DNA of 64,000 nt from Mobula hypostoma (taxonomy: Eukaryota), in NCBI RefSeq assembly GCF_963921235.1, contig NC_086098.1, positions 6,572,001-6,636,000 of the forward strand, given 5' to 3'. Below are positions 37,860 to 49,862 of this stretch, one piece after another; within the stretch, counting starts at the first letter, position 1, and every line of letters begins with the position of its first letter. The notes below the pieces were generated by a model. That model was given only the letters and a program-made list of their open reading frames with translations, made no database searches and was not told where the DNA came from. Made by a program: the position numbers and the translations under genes.

Positions 37860-38472
37860 TGAGGAGATAACTTCACTCAACTTCACTTGCCCCATCACTG
37901 AACTATTTGCACAAAACTATGGGTTCACTTTCAAGTACTCTTCGTCTCCTATTCTTGACATTTATTGTGTATTTATTATTATTGGTATTATTACCATTTA
38001 TTCTTTTATATTTTCTACAGTCATCATCAAGAACCCCCACCAGCCAGGCATGCTTTCTTCTCACTGTTGCCATCAGGAAGAAAGTACAGAAGCCTCAGGA
38101 CTCACACCACCATGTTCAGGAATAGTTATTTCCCCTTAACCATTGGGCTCTTGAATCAATGGGTATAACTTTAACTCAATATTACTCGCCCCATCACTGA
38201 ACTGTTCCCACAACCTATATACTAACTTTCAAGAACTCTTTATCTCATATTCTCGATATTTATTACTTATTTATTTATTATTATTCTTTCTTTCTTTTTG
38301 TATTTGCATAATTTTGTTGTTTTTTTGCACATTGGCTGTCTATCCTGTTGGTGTGGTCGTACGTTGATTCTATAATGGTTATTGGATTTATTGAGTATGC
38401 CGACAAGAAAAAGAATCTCAGGGCTGTATCTGCTGACATATATGTACTTTGATAATAAAATTACTTTGATTT
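37860..38472 (+). mobile_element. Two tandem Rex1/Babar 3' fragments
   Basis: ORF 37965 FSLLPSGRKYRSLRTHTTMFRNSYFP. The UTR segment CCCCATCACTGAACT occurs twice. Confidence 0.8.
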
Positions 38473-38479
38473 TTCATTT

Positions 38480-39290
38480 AGTATCCCTCCCAACCTCATT
38501 CTCCCACCTTCTCCCCATAACCTTTGACGCACTAACTAATCAAGAATCTATCAACTTCCACTTTACATATACTTAATGACTTGGTCTCCACAGCCCTCTG
38601 TGGCAGTGAATTCCACAGATTCACCACCTTCTGAAATTCCTCCTCATCCCTGTTCTAATGGGACGTTCTTCTATTCTGTGACTGTGGCTCCTTGCCCTAG
38701 AATCCCCCACTATATGGAACATCCTCTCCACATCCACTCTGTCTAGGCCTTTCAATATTCGGTAAGTTTCAATGAGATCACCCTTAATTCTTCTAAACTC
38801 CAGTCAGTACAGGCCCAGAGGCATCAAATACTCCTTATACATTAACCCTTTCATTCCTGGGATCATTCTTGTGATATTCCTCTGGAACTTCTCCAATAAC
38901 AGAATACTCTTTCTTAGAAAATGGGCCCAGATCTGCTCACAATGCTCCAGGTATTGAGCACTTCGGAAGTGTAGTAGATATCACGACTCTCATACATCTC
39001 AAGGCATCAGAATTCAGAGTTCAATCCCAGCATCCTCTGGAGGGAGTTATTATGTCTTCTCCATCGAATGCGTGGGTTTCCTCCGGGTGCTCCAGTTTCC
39101 TCCCACAGTCCAACGACGTCCTGGTTCATAGGCTGATTGGGGATTGTAAATTGCCTTGTGCTTAGGCTATGGATAAACAGAAGGGTTTGCGGGCAGTGCA
39201 GCTTGAAGAGTCAGAAGGGCCCTGTGCTGTGTTGTATTTCCAAATAAATAAAAGTAATGAGTGGTCTGACCAACGCCTTGTGCAACATAA
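38480..39290 (-). mobile_element. CR1 3' fragment with a V-SINE (about 38975-39252, +) inserted
   Basis: CR1 sequence breaks at ..CAATGCTCCAGG and resumes at GTGGTCTGACCAACGCCTTG. The SINE has GCGTGGGTTTCCTCCGGGTGCTCC. Confidence 0.85.
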
Positions 39291-39679
39291 ATACCTCGCC
39301 CTCCACAGAAACGAGTGCTCATCGTAAAAGGCACTTGCTGCTACTTGTGAATAAGGAATGAAAGGATATAAAGTTACGGATGCTGTCAGAACAAAGGAAT
39401 TTGGATTTGTTTATAAAACAAAACATTGTTCGACTCCTCATAAAGATAGTCATGACGGATTACAACAATGGATTTTGTTTTTGTTGGCTGGCACCCCGAA
39501 GCAGTCATTAAGGCAAGAGGTTTATCAAGTAAGACCAAAAGACATAGGCCATTTGGCCCATCGAGTCTGCCCCACCATTCCATCATGGCTGATTTATTAT
39601 CACTCTCAAACCCTTTCTCCTGACTTCACCCTATAAACTTTGATGACAAGACTAGTAAATAAAATAAGGAAGTCCCATA

Positions 39680-40000
39680 AGTACATAAGATATAGGAACA
39701 GAATTAGGCCATTTGGCCCACCATGTCTACTCTGCCATTTTGTCATGGTTGATCCAATTTCCCTCTCAGCTCCAATCTCCTTCCTTCCCCCAATTTCCCT
39801 TCATGTGCTGACTAATCAAGAATTTATCAACCTCTGCCTTAAAAATACCCAATGACCTGGCCTCCACAGCCACCTGTGGCAACGAATTCTACAGATTCAA
39901 AACTGTTTGGCGAAATCCCTCCTCATCGCCGATCTAAAAGGATGCCCCTCTACTCTGTGGCTGTGCCCTCTGTTCCTAGACTCCCTCACCATAGGAAACA
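39680..40000 (-). mobile_element. CR1 3' fragment
   Basis: CATAAGATATAGGAACAGAATTAGGCC tail and ORF2 end. Confidence 0.85.
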
Positions 40001-40423
40001 AATAGGTTCAGCAGGGTCACAGCCTCAGGGAAGAAGCTCTGTGTAATGGCTTGAGTTTTCATGCTAACTTGCATTTTTCCCAATGAAATTGAAAATTAAT
40101 CTCCTTGGCAGACTGAATGAATTTACTAGCAATAAAGTTAGGCACTAGAGATTATCTTTTACTCTCTGCTTTTATATAGCCAAATTAAGACTTCAAACAT
40201 AAAACTTTGTTAAGCAAAATCATTAAATACTTGCTTCAAGAGGCCAACAAATTAATTCAAATAGGCTGTTGGCTATTATCAGATACAGGGTTCTGAGTTG
40301 GATGATCAGCCATGATCATACTGAATGGCAATGTAGGCTTGAAGGGCCAAATGGCCTACCCCTGCACCTATTTTCTATGTTTCTAAATGAGCCAAGATAT
40401 TTACTTAAAACACTTATAATATA

Positions 40424-40960
40424 CACTCAGTGGCCGCTTTATTGGGTACCTCCTGTACCTAATAAATCGGTATGATCATGGTCTTCTGCTGCTGTAGCCC
40501 GTCCACTTCAAGATCTGATGTGTTGTGCGTTCAGAGATGTTCTTCGGTGCACCACTGTTGTACTGTGTAGTTATTGAGTTACTTTCATAAGCCTGTCAGC
40601 TTGAACCAGTCTGGTCATTCTCCTCTGATCTCTGTCAGTAAAAAAGCATTTTCAGAAGTGCCACTCACTGGATGATGTCTTGGTTTTGCACCATTCTCTG
40701 TAAACACTGCTGTGTGTGGAAAAACCCAGGAGATGAACAGTTTCTGAGATACTCCAATCACCCCCAGCTGGCACCAACAATCATTCCACCGTCAAAGTCA
40801 CATAAATCACATTCTGATGTTTGGTCTGAACAACAACTGAACCTCTTGAGCATGCCTGTTTACTTTTATGCATCCAGTTGCTGTCACATGATTTGGTTGA
40901 TTAGATAGTTGCAGTAACAAGCTGATATACAGGTGTACCTAAAAAAGTGGCCATAAAGTG
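40424..40960 (-). mobile_element. Short internally deleted Tc1-family element
   Basis: TA-flanked, TIRs CACTCAGTGGCCGCTTTATTGGGTAC / GTACCTAAAAAAGTGGCCATAAAGTG, same family as 9419-10900. Confidence 0.85.
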
Positions 40961-40970
40961 TATATTATAA

Positions 40971-41126
40971 ACACAAAATAATCTGCAGATGCTGTTGTCA
41001 AAGGAACAATCACAATGTGCTGGAGGAACTCAGCAGGTCAGTCAGCATCAGTTGAAAAGATTAGTCATTGACTAATCTTTTCAACTGATGCTGGCCGACC
41101 TGCTGAGTTCCTCCAGCGCATTGTAT
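40971..41126. mobile_element. Penelope pseudo-LTR palindrome (fold-back insertion)
   Basis: About 55-bp arms around a single unpaired base at 41068, TSD GTGTATAwTATAA (40958-40970 / 41127-41139). Confidence 0.85.
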
Positions 41127-41269
41127 GTGTATAATATAATTCTAATTGAAAGTACAATATATTTAGATACTTTATTTTTTTCAGTGTGGCTAGATTTCAA
41201 ATATATAATCACCAATCATGGCGAAATTGAAAATAAAATGCATATTTTAAGATACGTAACTATATAATG

Positions 41270-41436
41270 GGACTCCAGTTTCCACAAACAGTCCAAAGAC
41301 GTACCAGGATAGGTTAGTTAGTCATTGTAAATTATCCCATGGTTAGCTCAGAGTTAACTGGGTTGTAAGGTTGCTGGGCAGAATGGTTTGAAGGGCCAGA
41401 AGGGCCTATTTCATGCTATATCGCTAAATAAATAAA
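41270..41436 (+). mobile_element. V-SINE 3' half
   Basis: CAGTCCAAAGACGTACC..GTCATTGTAAATT, with an (AAAT)n tail. Confidence 0.75.
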
Positions 41437-41459
41437 CTAGAACAATTTCTACTGGCCTT

Positions 41460-41862
41460 TAGCCAGATCCTTCTAGAGGAACACAAGGACCTGGAGAGCT
41501 ATGGTGGCTGGAGTCAGGGTTTTATGGTTTGGCTCTTGGTAGAGTCACCCATGCCAAACAGGTCAAAGGGCAGAGATCAGACTAAGAGAGGTCCATCGGT
41601 CCTCCAGATTCTGGGGGCTCAGCTCAGGGCTAACAATCCTAACTGGGAATACAAAAATTGTTACGTAAACAGCAATGACAAATCCTTCTGCATCTGAGTG
41701 CAACGGTGTTCCTGAGTCACTACCTGGGACTTGCATGGCTGAGAGTAGTGAAAACCTAGAGGAAGGTACTGACACGATGAAGGATACCCTGAACATAGCC
41801 GGAGACGAAGGAGCTTCATTGCTGCCCTAATCACCACCAGTGTAACAGAGAGTGAGTACGTA
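41460..41862 (+). mobile_element. Interspersed non-coding repeat, probably an RTE-derived non-autonomous element
   Basis: Colinear with 60250-60672 (GAGAGCTATG.TGGCTGGA..CACCCATGCCAAA..TCATTGCTGCC.TAA). Confidence 0.65.
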
Positions 41863-42084
41863 AATTTAACCAGGTACTGCCAAGGTTATTGAGAGGAGAA
41901 GAGAGGCTATACGGCAAGGTTTTAGTTTTATGATAACACTTTACATCATCCTGACCATTTAGCAAGCACCATGCTGGAGCAACATTATACAAAGGGTGAT
42001 TTTTTATATTGATAAATAATAATGTTGTTTGCATACTGGTGAAGGTAATTCGTTTTTTACAGTATATGGTGTAACTACAGTATC

Positions 42085-42355
42085 CTATTTATTTATTTAT
42101 CTGGAGATGCAGTGTGGAACAGGCCTTTCCAGCCCAGCGAGTCCACACTGCCCAGCGACCTACCTATTTAACACTAGACTCGTCACAGGACAATTTACAA
42201 TAACCAATTAACTTTCTGTCCTGTACATCTACGGATTCAGGGAGGAAACTGGAACATCCACAGTCACGGGAAGAGCATCCATGCTCCTTACAGACAATGA
42301 CGGGAATTGAACTCCAAACACCAATGTCTCAAGTTGTAATAGCACCACTGTTACC
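42085..42355 (-). mobile_element. V-SINE-type SINE
   Basis: (TTTA)n tail, reverse V-domain, GGGAATTGAACT. Confidence 0.75.
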
Positions 42356-42561
42356 TACAAGCGTTATGACTAAAGAAAAGGTGGCTGGAGCCACTTAGCA
42401 CTTTCATGCAAAAGTGTTTATTTGGCATGTCAAAAAGACAAATTTACAAAAATTAGCAAAAATAGTGAAAGGCATACTGCCAATATTTACATAAGATACC
42501 TAATTCTCTCGCCTCTATAGACAGCAATTCACCTGTCTTTTTTAGGCACCGGGACTTATCA

Positions 42562-42850
42562 TTTTTTCTTTCTTTATTCATCTTTTTATTGATTTAAAAG
42601 GAAGATAAATAAAAACAAGAGGAGAATTATCTCAAATATATATATATCAATAACAATACAAACAGAAATTTGAAATAGACATTATAAAAATCATACATAG
42701 TGTTAAGCTAGTATATAATGTATAATAAAAAAGAAAACAGCAATTCTCCTCTTATCAGTTCATGAAGAGGAAAGAAGAAAAACTTTGAATTTTGAATGAA
42801 GGAGAAAAGACGCCACTACACTATACAAAATAAAGGGACTGGGCAGTCTT
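42562..42850 (-). mobile_element. Probable L1-type 3' UTR fragment
   Basis: T-rich (reverse poly-A) end with TTTATT. No coding evidence. Confidence 0.4.
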
Positions 42851-43005
42851 ACCACTTTAATAAACCGCCAAGTTAACTTAAGATTACACATGAATTAGAA
42901 TATGATGCACTCTACAATGCAGTTACAGTCATATTACAAAATAAACAGAATTGTCTACCTTAAATACAGTCTACAAACAATATATACAGATTTACACATC
43001 CCATT

Positions 43006-43325
43006 AGGACCTCTCCCTGCACACAAAACTATTGAATGTCTCAGTTACAAACTCCGAATTGCGTTCAAAGGGATGCCTGCGATGCAGAGCTGGTGTTTCA
43101 GGCTGGGGTTGGGAGCAAATTCAGGTTGGCAACTTGAGCCAGGCTGATTTAAGTTTCCTAGCCAGATCTGCACTTGAAATTAGCAAAGAAATGAAACATT
43201 CCACCGTGTATGTTGGGAAAGGCACCAGAAAGCCAAACCCGTTGGGACCCATTATTAGAATATACCAGGGAAGACAATAAAGTGCACAAACTCCGCGCAA
43301 TGACAGCAGAAAGTCAAGGTAATGT

Positions 43326-43389
<64 letters not shown>

Positions 43390-44019
43390 ATGTATGCGCA
43401 CCTGTACAGCATTCTCCAACACAGTTGTGCTGCTATGCTACCATGGCACCCTAAAATATGGAACACTCTACGAATTTGCGTGTATTAAGGCCATAAGACG
43501 CAGGAGCAGAATTAGGCCATTCAGCCCATCGAGTCTGCTCTGCCATTTCATCATGGCTGATTTATTAGCCTTGCCGTGCTAACCTTCTCTGTATCGTTCC
43601 AATTTTCATCTCATGTGCTGCTGAAGCAAGCATGTAAAAAAAATTCCTCCACATGCTCCTGGTGCTTTTCATACACTTACATTCTTACGGTCATCCGTAC
43701 AAAAAGTGTCAATTGTTACTTTAGTTTTATGGGCTCTTTGAGAGCAATCCATATACATGTAAATCAAGACGGGAACTTGGAGGCAAGAGAATTTATTTCT
43801 TTTTATCTCTGGCACTTTAATCACTTCCAATGTGAGGACTTCTCCCTGCAAACAAAACTATTGAATGTCTCAGTTACAAACTCCGAATTGTGTTCAAAGG
43901 GATGCCTGCGATTCCTGTTGCAATGCAGAGCTAGTATTTCAGACTGGGGTCGAGAGCAAATTCAGGTTGGCAACTTGAGCCAGGCTGATTTAAGTTTCCT
44001 GGCCAGATTTGCACTTGAA
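43006..44019. repeat. Direct duplication: 43006-43178 and 43835-44019
   Basis: 173-bp and 185-bp copies differing by about a dozen substitutions and one 12-bp indel. Confidence 0.95.
43330..43395. repeat. (TG)n microsatellite
   Basis: Directly visible in the sequence. Confidence 0.98.
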
Positions 44020-44431
44020 CAAACTCACACTTCGTGCACAGTGCATTTGGAGTACTGGCTATTAATCTGCCGTCAATGCAGTCGTCCGTTGTGGGCTCAG
44101 CTCATGTTGAGTGAGCAGGTACGATTAAAACTGTTGGAGGCAAGGTTTTTCTGCGCGGCTCTGTTTCATAGGCTGTGAGGATGCATGATATCTGGTTACG
44201 TTTTTAATGAGAGGCTGTGGCCAAAAGGAATCAAATTTACACAGAAAACACCACAAATGGTGCATGAAATTGTGTTCATTTGTCAAAGTAACAAGGGTAA
44301 TAAACTTAACTGTAGCAGGAAAAGTTTCACTGTTCTCCTCTAGTTGTATTATACATATCATATAAGTACACAAAATATTAATTATAAATAATAACAAAAC
44401 AAAGTTAATATTATAAACATACAAAATGTGC

Positions 44432-45069
44432 ATACACAAAATGCTGGAGGAACTTATCGGGTCAGGCAGCAGCTACAGAGAGGAATAAAGAGGTAACATT
44501 TCGAGACAAGACTATTCATCAGGCAAACAGAATGTAACAAACAGTAAAGCTAACACTTTCTTATTCACAGAATCTCCAGAAAATTTCTCTGCAAGCTGCA
44601 GTAGGTGGAATTCATACTTGGTTTAAACTCTGAACAAAAAGGACAATGATTTCTGCAGTTACATTTTTTAAAAAGAGTATCTGCTCAGAAAACTATACTG
44701 ACTACATGATGCAATGCATAAGCAGCACACATAAAATGCTGGAGGAACAGACAATGATTTGGCCGAGACCCTTCATCAGGTGAGGCAGAAGGTTCCACCT
44801 ATCACCTCCCAGTTTCTCACTTCCTCCCACCTCCTCTATGCTCCTACCTTCCCCCTTACCTGACTTCATTTATCACCTTCTAGCCTGTCCTACTTCTCCT
44901 GTTCCCATCTTCTTAATCTGGCTTCTTCCCCTTCCTTTCCAGTCCTGTTGATGGACCTCAGCCTGAAACATTGACTGTTTACTCTTTCCATCGATTTTAT
45001 CTGACCTGCTGAGTTCCTCCAGCATTTTGTGTGAGTTGCTCTGGGTTTACTGCATCTGTAGAATCTCTT
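44432..45069. mobile_element. Three Penelope pseudo-LTR pieces (44432-44523 -, 44722-44780 -, about 44790-45069 +)
   Basis: Family signature plus hammerhead-like cores, e.g. CAGTC-CTGTTGA..GAAAC-ATT-GACTG at 44940-44977. Confidence 0.85.
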
Positions 45070-45662
45070 AGCTTTGCAAAACGAGTGTGTACTTCATTGC
45101 TGATAACAAGTAATGAAGTCAACTAGGAAATTCTGATGCGGAAACATAACCAAAAATTCAATATATACAAATATAATTTCTGATTAGCTACACCTGAAGA
45201 CCTTTTCTTAAACTGAAAAAGTAAAGAACATCACAATACAGAAAAAAATTGTTCAGTCATCAAGATTTGTCCAATGTTTATCTCCACAGGAACCAGGCCT
45301 GTGATTACTCCCCATATTTTAACAAATAAACTGCTTCAGAGTGAATTCCATTTGACAGGATATTATTGACAATGGCAGGCTGTGACTGAGAATTTGTCCT
45401 TTTATATTAATCAGCCATGTGGTGAGAGCAGTACCTGGCCAAGTGAAGAATCCAGAAAATATTAATTAATCGTAACTGAAAAGCAGTTGGCAAACTTCCC
45501 AAACAAATGGTGGTGCCAAGAGGCAACTTGCCAACTTACAATGCACCAGTTCCTTAAAAACCTGTCTCCTAAATGGAAACTTGTCTTCTTCTCTGTGCTT
45601 TGTCACACTGTGAACTAATCACTTCTGAGACTGTAACACAATTCACGGTGTAATCTCGAAGC

Positions 45663-46030
45663 TCAAAGTTCAAATTTATTCTTAAAGTATGTCTACTATA
45701 TGTTTACAACATTGAGATTCATCTTGTAGAGCAAAGAAACGCAACAGAATCCATGAAAAACCACGCACAACAATGACCGACACATATTCAATGTGCAAAA
45801 GAGGAGAAATCGCGCAAATAATAACAAATTGAACAGATAATACTGAGAACATGAGCTGCCAAGCCCTGAAAAGTGAGTCCACAGGCTGGGGCGTCAGCAC
45901 AGCACTGAGGTAAGTGAAGCCAGTTGAAGAGCCTGCTGGCTGCAGGGAGACAAATGCTCCTGAAGCTGGTGGTGTGGGACCCAAGGCTCCTGCACCTCCC
46001 GCCCAAGGGTAGTAGTGAGAAGAGATGGAG
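45663..46030 (-). mobile_element. Rex1/Babar 3' fragment
   Basis: ORF 45788-46042 LFSLLPLGGRCRSLGSHTTSFR, TCAAAGTTCAAA tail. Confidence 0.8.
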
Positions 46031-46310
46031 ATGGTCAGACACAAGCAGACAGCGCCGAACACCTGTTCATTTACAACCTTCTATTTCTTATCATCAGAAT
46101 CTTCTTCGTCAACATTGACAAGAAAATTTTCAAAGGATTCTGGCAAATGTGATAACCAGGACCCTCTGCATAAATTCATCATGTTCTCCTCTTTTCCAAA
46201 TGTTTCATTAGATTCTGTAGTTCAGGATACCTTCTGAAACTTTATCCACAATGGATACTGTGCTCACTGTAGTCACATATTATTTTAAACATTTATATTG
46301 CGTTGGATAC

Positions 46311-46440
46311 TCATAGGAGATTCTGAAGATGCAGGATCTGGAGCAACACACACACAATGCTGGAGGAACTCAGTAAATCAGGCAGCATCTATGGAGAGGA
46401 ACAAACAATCGACATCTTGGGCTGAGGTCATTCCTCAGGT
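46311..46440 (-). mobile_element. Penelope pseudo-LTR, degenerate
   Basis: GCAACACACACACAATGCTGGAGGAACTCAG signature. Confidence 0.75.
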
Positions 46441-46971
46441 TTATTATTGTCACAAGATTCCTTAAGGTTGTTATAGCTGGGGGAGGTGGTGGGGATAAGC
46501 TCCCACTACGTATTAAATGCTCCCAATAACGTGCGTCTCAAATAGTCTCTGACAACCAAGTCCAGCTACTGGCCTTCATGTGTGCCTTGGCTAATAAGCC
46601 CAGTGGAAGTGTTTCTACTGGAAGGAGAAGGGGCAAAGGCGGGTTACTGACACCTGAAAATCGGTTGCTTTGGGCAGATGGGACTCAACAGCCGATGTTG
46701 GCAGCTCATCTAGCAGAAGGAAAACTCTGATCTCAAATCTCTGCTGTCTTGCTGCCAGTCAGAATGCTCTCCTCGATACATCTGTTGAAACGTGCTCATG
46801 TCTTTGGTGACATTGTATGCGATCTTGAAGAAGGCATGGATTAGATGGGCTGAGGTGCCTGTTTCTGTGCTGTAAAGCTCTGCGACTCTGTACGTTGAGC
46901 CTAGGATAGAGCCTCTGAGATGATGACACCCAGCAACTTGATCTTGCTTGGGGTGGTGTTGCTGGTCAATA

Positions 46972-49569
46972 GAAAGGAAGGACATAAGCCGGGAGGATGT
47001 GGAATCGATATGGGTAGAGCTGCGTAACACTAAGGGGCAGAAGACGCTGGTGGGAGTTGTGTACAGGCCACCTAACAGTAGTAGTGAGGTCGGAGATGGT
47101 ATTAAACAGGAAATTAGAAATGTGTGCAATAAAGGAACAGCAGTTATAATGGGTGACTTCAATCTACATGTAGACTGGGTGAACCAAATTGGTAAAGGTG
47201 CTGAGCAAGAGGATTTCTTGGAATGTATGCGGGATGGTTTTTTGAACCAACATGTCGAGGAACCGACTAGAGAGCAGGCTATTCTGGACTGGGTTTTGAG
47301 CAATGAGGAAGGGTTAATTAGCGATCTTGTCGTGAGAGGCCCCTTGGGTAAGAGTGACCATAATATGGTGGAATTCTTCATTAAGATGGAGAGTGAGATA
47401 GTTAATTCAGAAACAAAGGTTCTGAACTTAAAGAGGGGTAACTTTGAAGGTATGAGACGTGAATTAGCTAAGATAGACTGGCAAATGACACTTAAAGGAT
47501 TGACGGTGGATATGCAATGGCAAGCATTTAAAGGTTGCATGGATGAACTACAACAATTGTTCATCCCAGTTTGGCAAAAGAATAAATCAAGGAAGGTAGT
47601 GCACCCGTGGCTGACAAGAGAAATTAGGGATAGTATCAATTCCAAAGAAGTAGCATACAAATTAGCCAGAGAAAGTGGCTCACCTGAGGACTGGGAGAAA
47701 TTCAGAGTTCAGCAGAGGAGGACAAAGGGCTTAATTAGGAAGGGGAAAAAAGATTATGAGAGAAAACTGGCGGGGAACATAAAAATGGACTGTAAAAGCT
47801 TTTATAGATATGTAAAAAGGAAAAGACTGGTAAAGACAAATGTAGGTCCCCTGCAGACAGAAACAGGTGAATTGATTATGGGGAGCAAGGACATGGCAGA
47901 CCAATTGAATAATTACTTTGGTTCTGTCTTCACTAAGGAGGACATAAATAATCTTCCAGAAATAGTAAGGGACAGAGGGTCCAGTGAGATGGAGGAACTG
48001 AGTGAAATACATGTTAGTAGGGAAGTAGTGTTAAGTAAATTGAAGGGATTGAAGGCAGATAAATCCCCAGGGCCAGATGGTTTGCATCCTAGAGTGCTTA
48101 AGGAAGTAGCTCAAGAAATAGTGGATGCATTAGTAATAATTTTTCAAAACTCGTTAGATTCTGGACTAGTTCCTGAGGATTGGAGGGTGGCTAATGTAAC
48201 CCCACTTTTTAAAAAAGGAGCGAGAGAGAAACCGGGGAATTATAGACCGGTTAGCCTAACGTCGGTGGTGGGGAAACTGCTGGAGTCTGTTATCAAAAAT
48301 GTGATAACAGCACATTTGGAAAGCGGTGAAATCATTGGACAAAGTCAGCATGGATTTGTGAAAGGAAAATCATGTCTGACGAATCTCATAGAATTTTTTG
48401 AGGATGTAACTAGTAGAGTGGATAGGGGAGAACCAGTGGATGTGGTATATTTGGATTTTCGAAAGGCTTTTGACAAGGTCCCACACAGGAGATTAGTGTG
48501 CAAACTTAAAGCACACGGTATTGGGGGTAAGGTATTGATGTGGATGGAGAATTGGTTAGCAGACAGGAAGCAAAGAGTGGGAATAAACGGGACCTTTTCA
48601 GAATGGCAGGCAGTGACTAGTGGGATACCGCAAGGCTCAGTGCTGGGACCCCAGTTGTTTACAATATATATTAATGACTTGGATGAGGGAATTAAATGCA
48701 GCATCTCCAAGTTTGCGGATGACACGAACCTGGGTGGCAGTGTTAGCTCTGAGGAGGATGCTAAGAGGATGCAGGGTGACTTGGATAGGTTGGGTGAGTG
48801 GGCAAATTCATGGCAGATGCAATTTAATGTGGATAAATGTGAAGTTATCCACTTTGGTGGCAAAAATAGGAAAACAGATTATTATCTGAATGGTGGCCGA
48901 TTAGGAAAAGGGGAGGTGCAATGAGACCTGGGTGTCATTATACACCAGTCATTGAAAGTGGGCATGCAGGTACAGCAGGCAGTGAAAAAGGCGAATGGTA
49001 TGCTGGCATTTATAGCGAGACGATTCGAGTACAGGAGCAGGGAGGTACTACTGCAGTTGTACAAGGCCTTGGTGAGATCACACCTGGAGTATTGTGTGCA
49101 GTTTTGGTCCCCTAATCTGAGGAAAGACATCCTTGCCATAGAGGGAGTACAAAGAAGGTTCACCAGATTGATTCCTGGGATGGCAGGACTTTCATATGAA
49201 GAAAGACTGGATGAACTGGGCTTGTACTCATTGGAATTTAGAAGATTGAGGGGGGATCCGATTGAAACGTATAAAATCCTAAAGGGATTGGACAGGCTAG
49301 ATGCAGGAAGATTGTTCCCGATGTTGGGGAAGTCCAGAACAAGGGGCCACAGTTTGAGGATAAAGGGGAAGCCTTTTAGGACCGAGATTAGGAAAAACTT
49401 CTTCACACAGAGAGTGGTGAATCTGTGGAAATCTCTGCCACAGGAAACGGTTGAGGTCGGTTCATTGGCTATATTTAAGAGGGAGTTAGATATGGCGCTT
49501 GTGACTACGGGGATCGGGGGTATGGAGGGAAGGCTGGGGTGTGGTTCTGAGTTGGATGATCAGCCATGA
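46972..49569 (+). pseudogene. CR1 ORF2 (partial AP endonuclease plus reverse transcriptase), interrupted by one in-frame stop
   Basis: GVVYRPP, MGDFN, SDHN, YRPVSLTS, LDFRKAFDKV, GIPQGSVLGP, KFADD. ORFs 46948-48924 and 48952-49569 share a frame, separated by TGA at 48922. Confidence 0.93.
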
Positions 49570-49646
49570 TCATAATAAATGGCGGTGCAGGCTCGAAGGG
49601 CCGAATGGCCTACTCCTGCACCTATTTTCTATGTTTCTATGTTTCT
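46972..49646 (+). mobile_element. Young 5'-truncated CR1 LINE, inserted in a minus-strand Rex1 remnant
   Basis: Near-continuous ORF2 and a (TTTCTATG)n tail. Rex1-like sequence flanks it at about 46755-46945 and 49647-49750. Confidence 0.96.
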
Positions 49647-49862
49647 TTCCACCACTAACCCCTCAATGAGGATTGGATTGTGTTTACCCAACTTCCCCTT
49701 CCTGAAATCCACAATCAATTCCTTGCTCTTGCTGACATTACATGCAAGGTTATAAGAGTAGAATTTAGAAGAGTAGAATGGTTATAACTAAATTATGATA
49801 GGTTTACAGAGTGCAGATTGCAGCGAGTCACCACACTCCATTGCCATTGATCTCCTGTTAAT

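Noticed and set aside
43210..43582. CV-repeat ORFs
   Set aside because: Artefact of the (TG)n microsatellite.
46060..46270. Possible minus-strand terminal exon (..NLCRGSWLSHLPESFENFLVNVDEEDSDDKK*)
   Set aside because: Short, with a weak acceptor, no recognisable homology and no supporting neighbouring exons.
46948..48924. Functional host or retron-like reverse transcriptase gene
   Set aside because: It is a standard CR1 ORF2, 5'-truncated and with a premature stop. The ORF-track start lies in flanking sequence.
46710..49406. Long minus-strand ORFs (316, 172 and 174 aa)
   Set aside because: Antisense shadows of CR1 ORF2 with no independent motifs.
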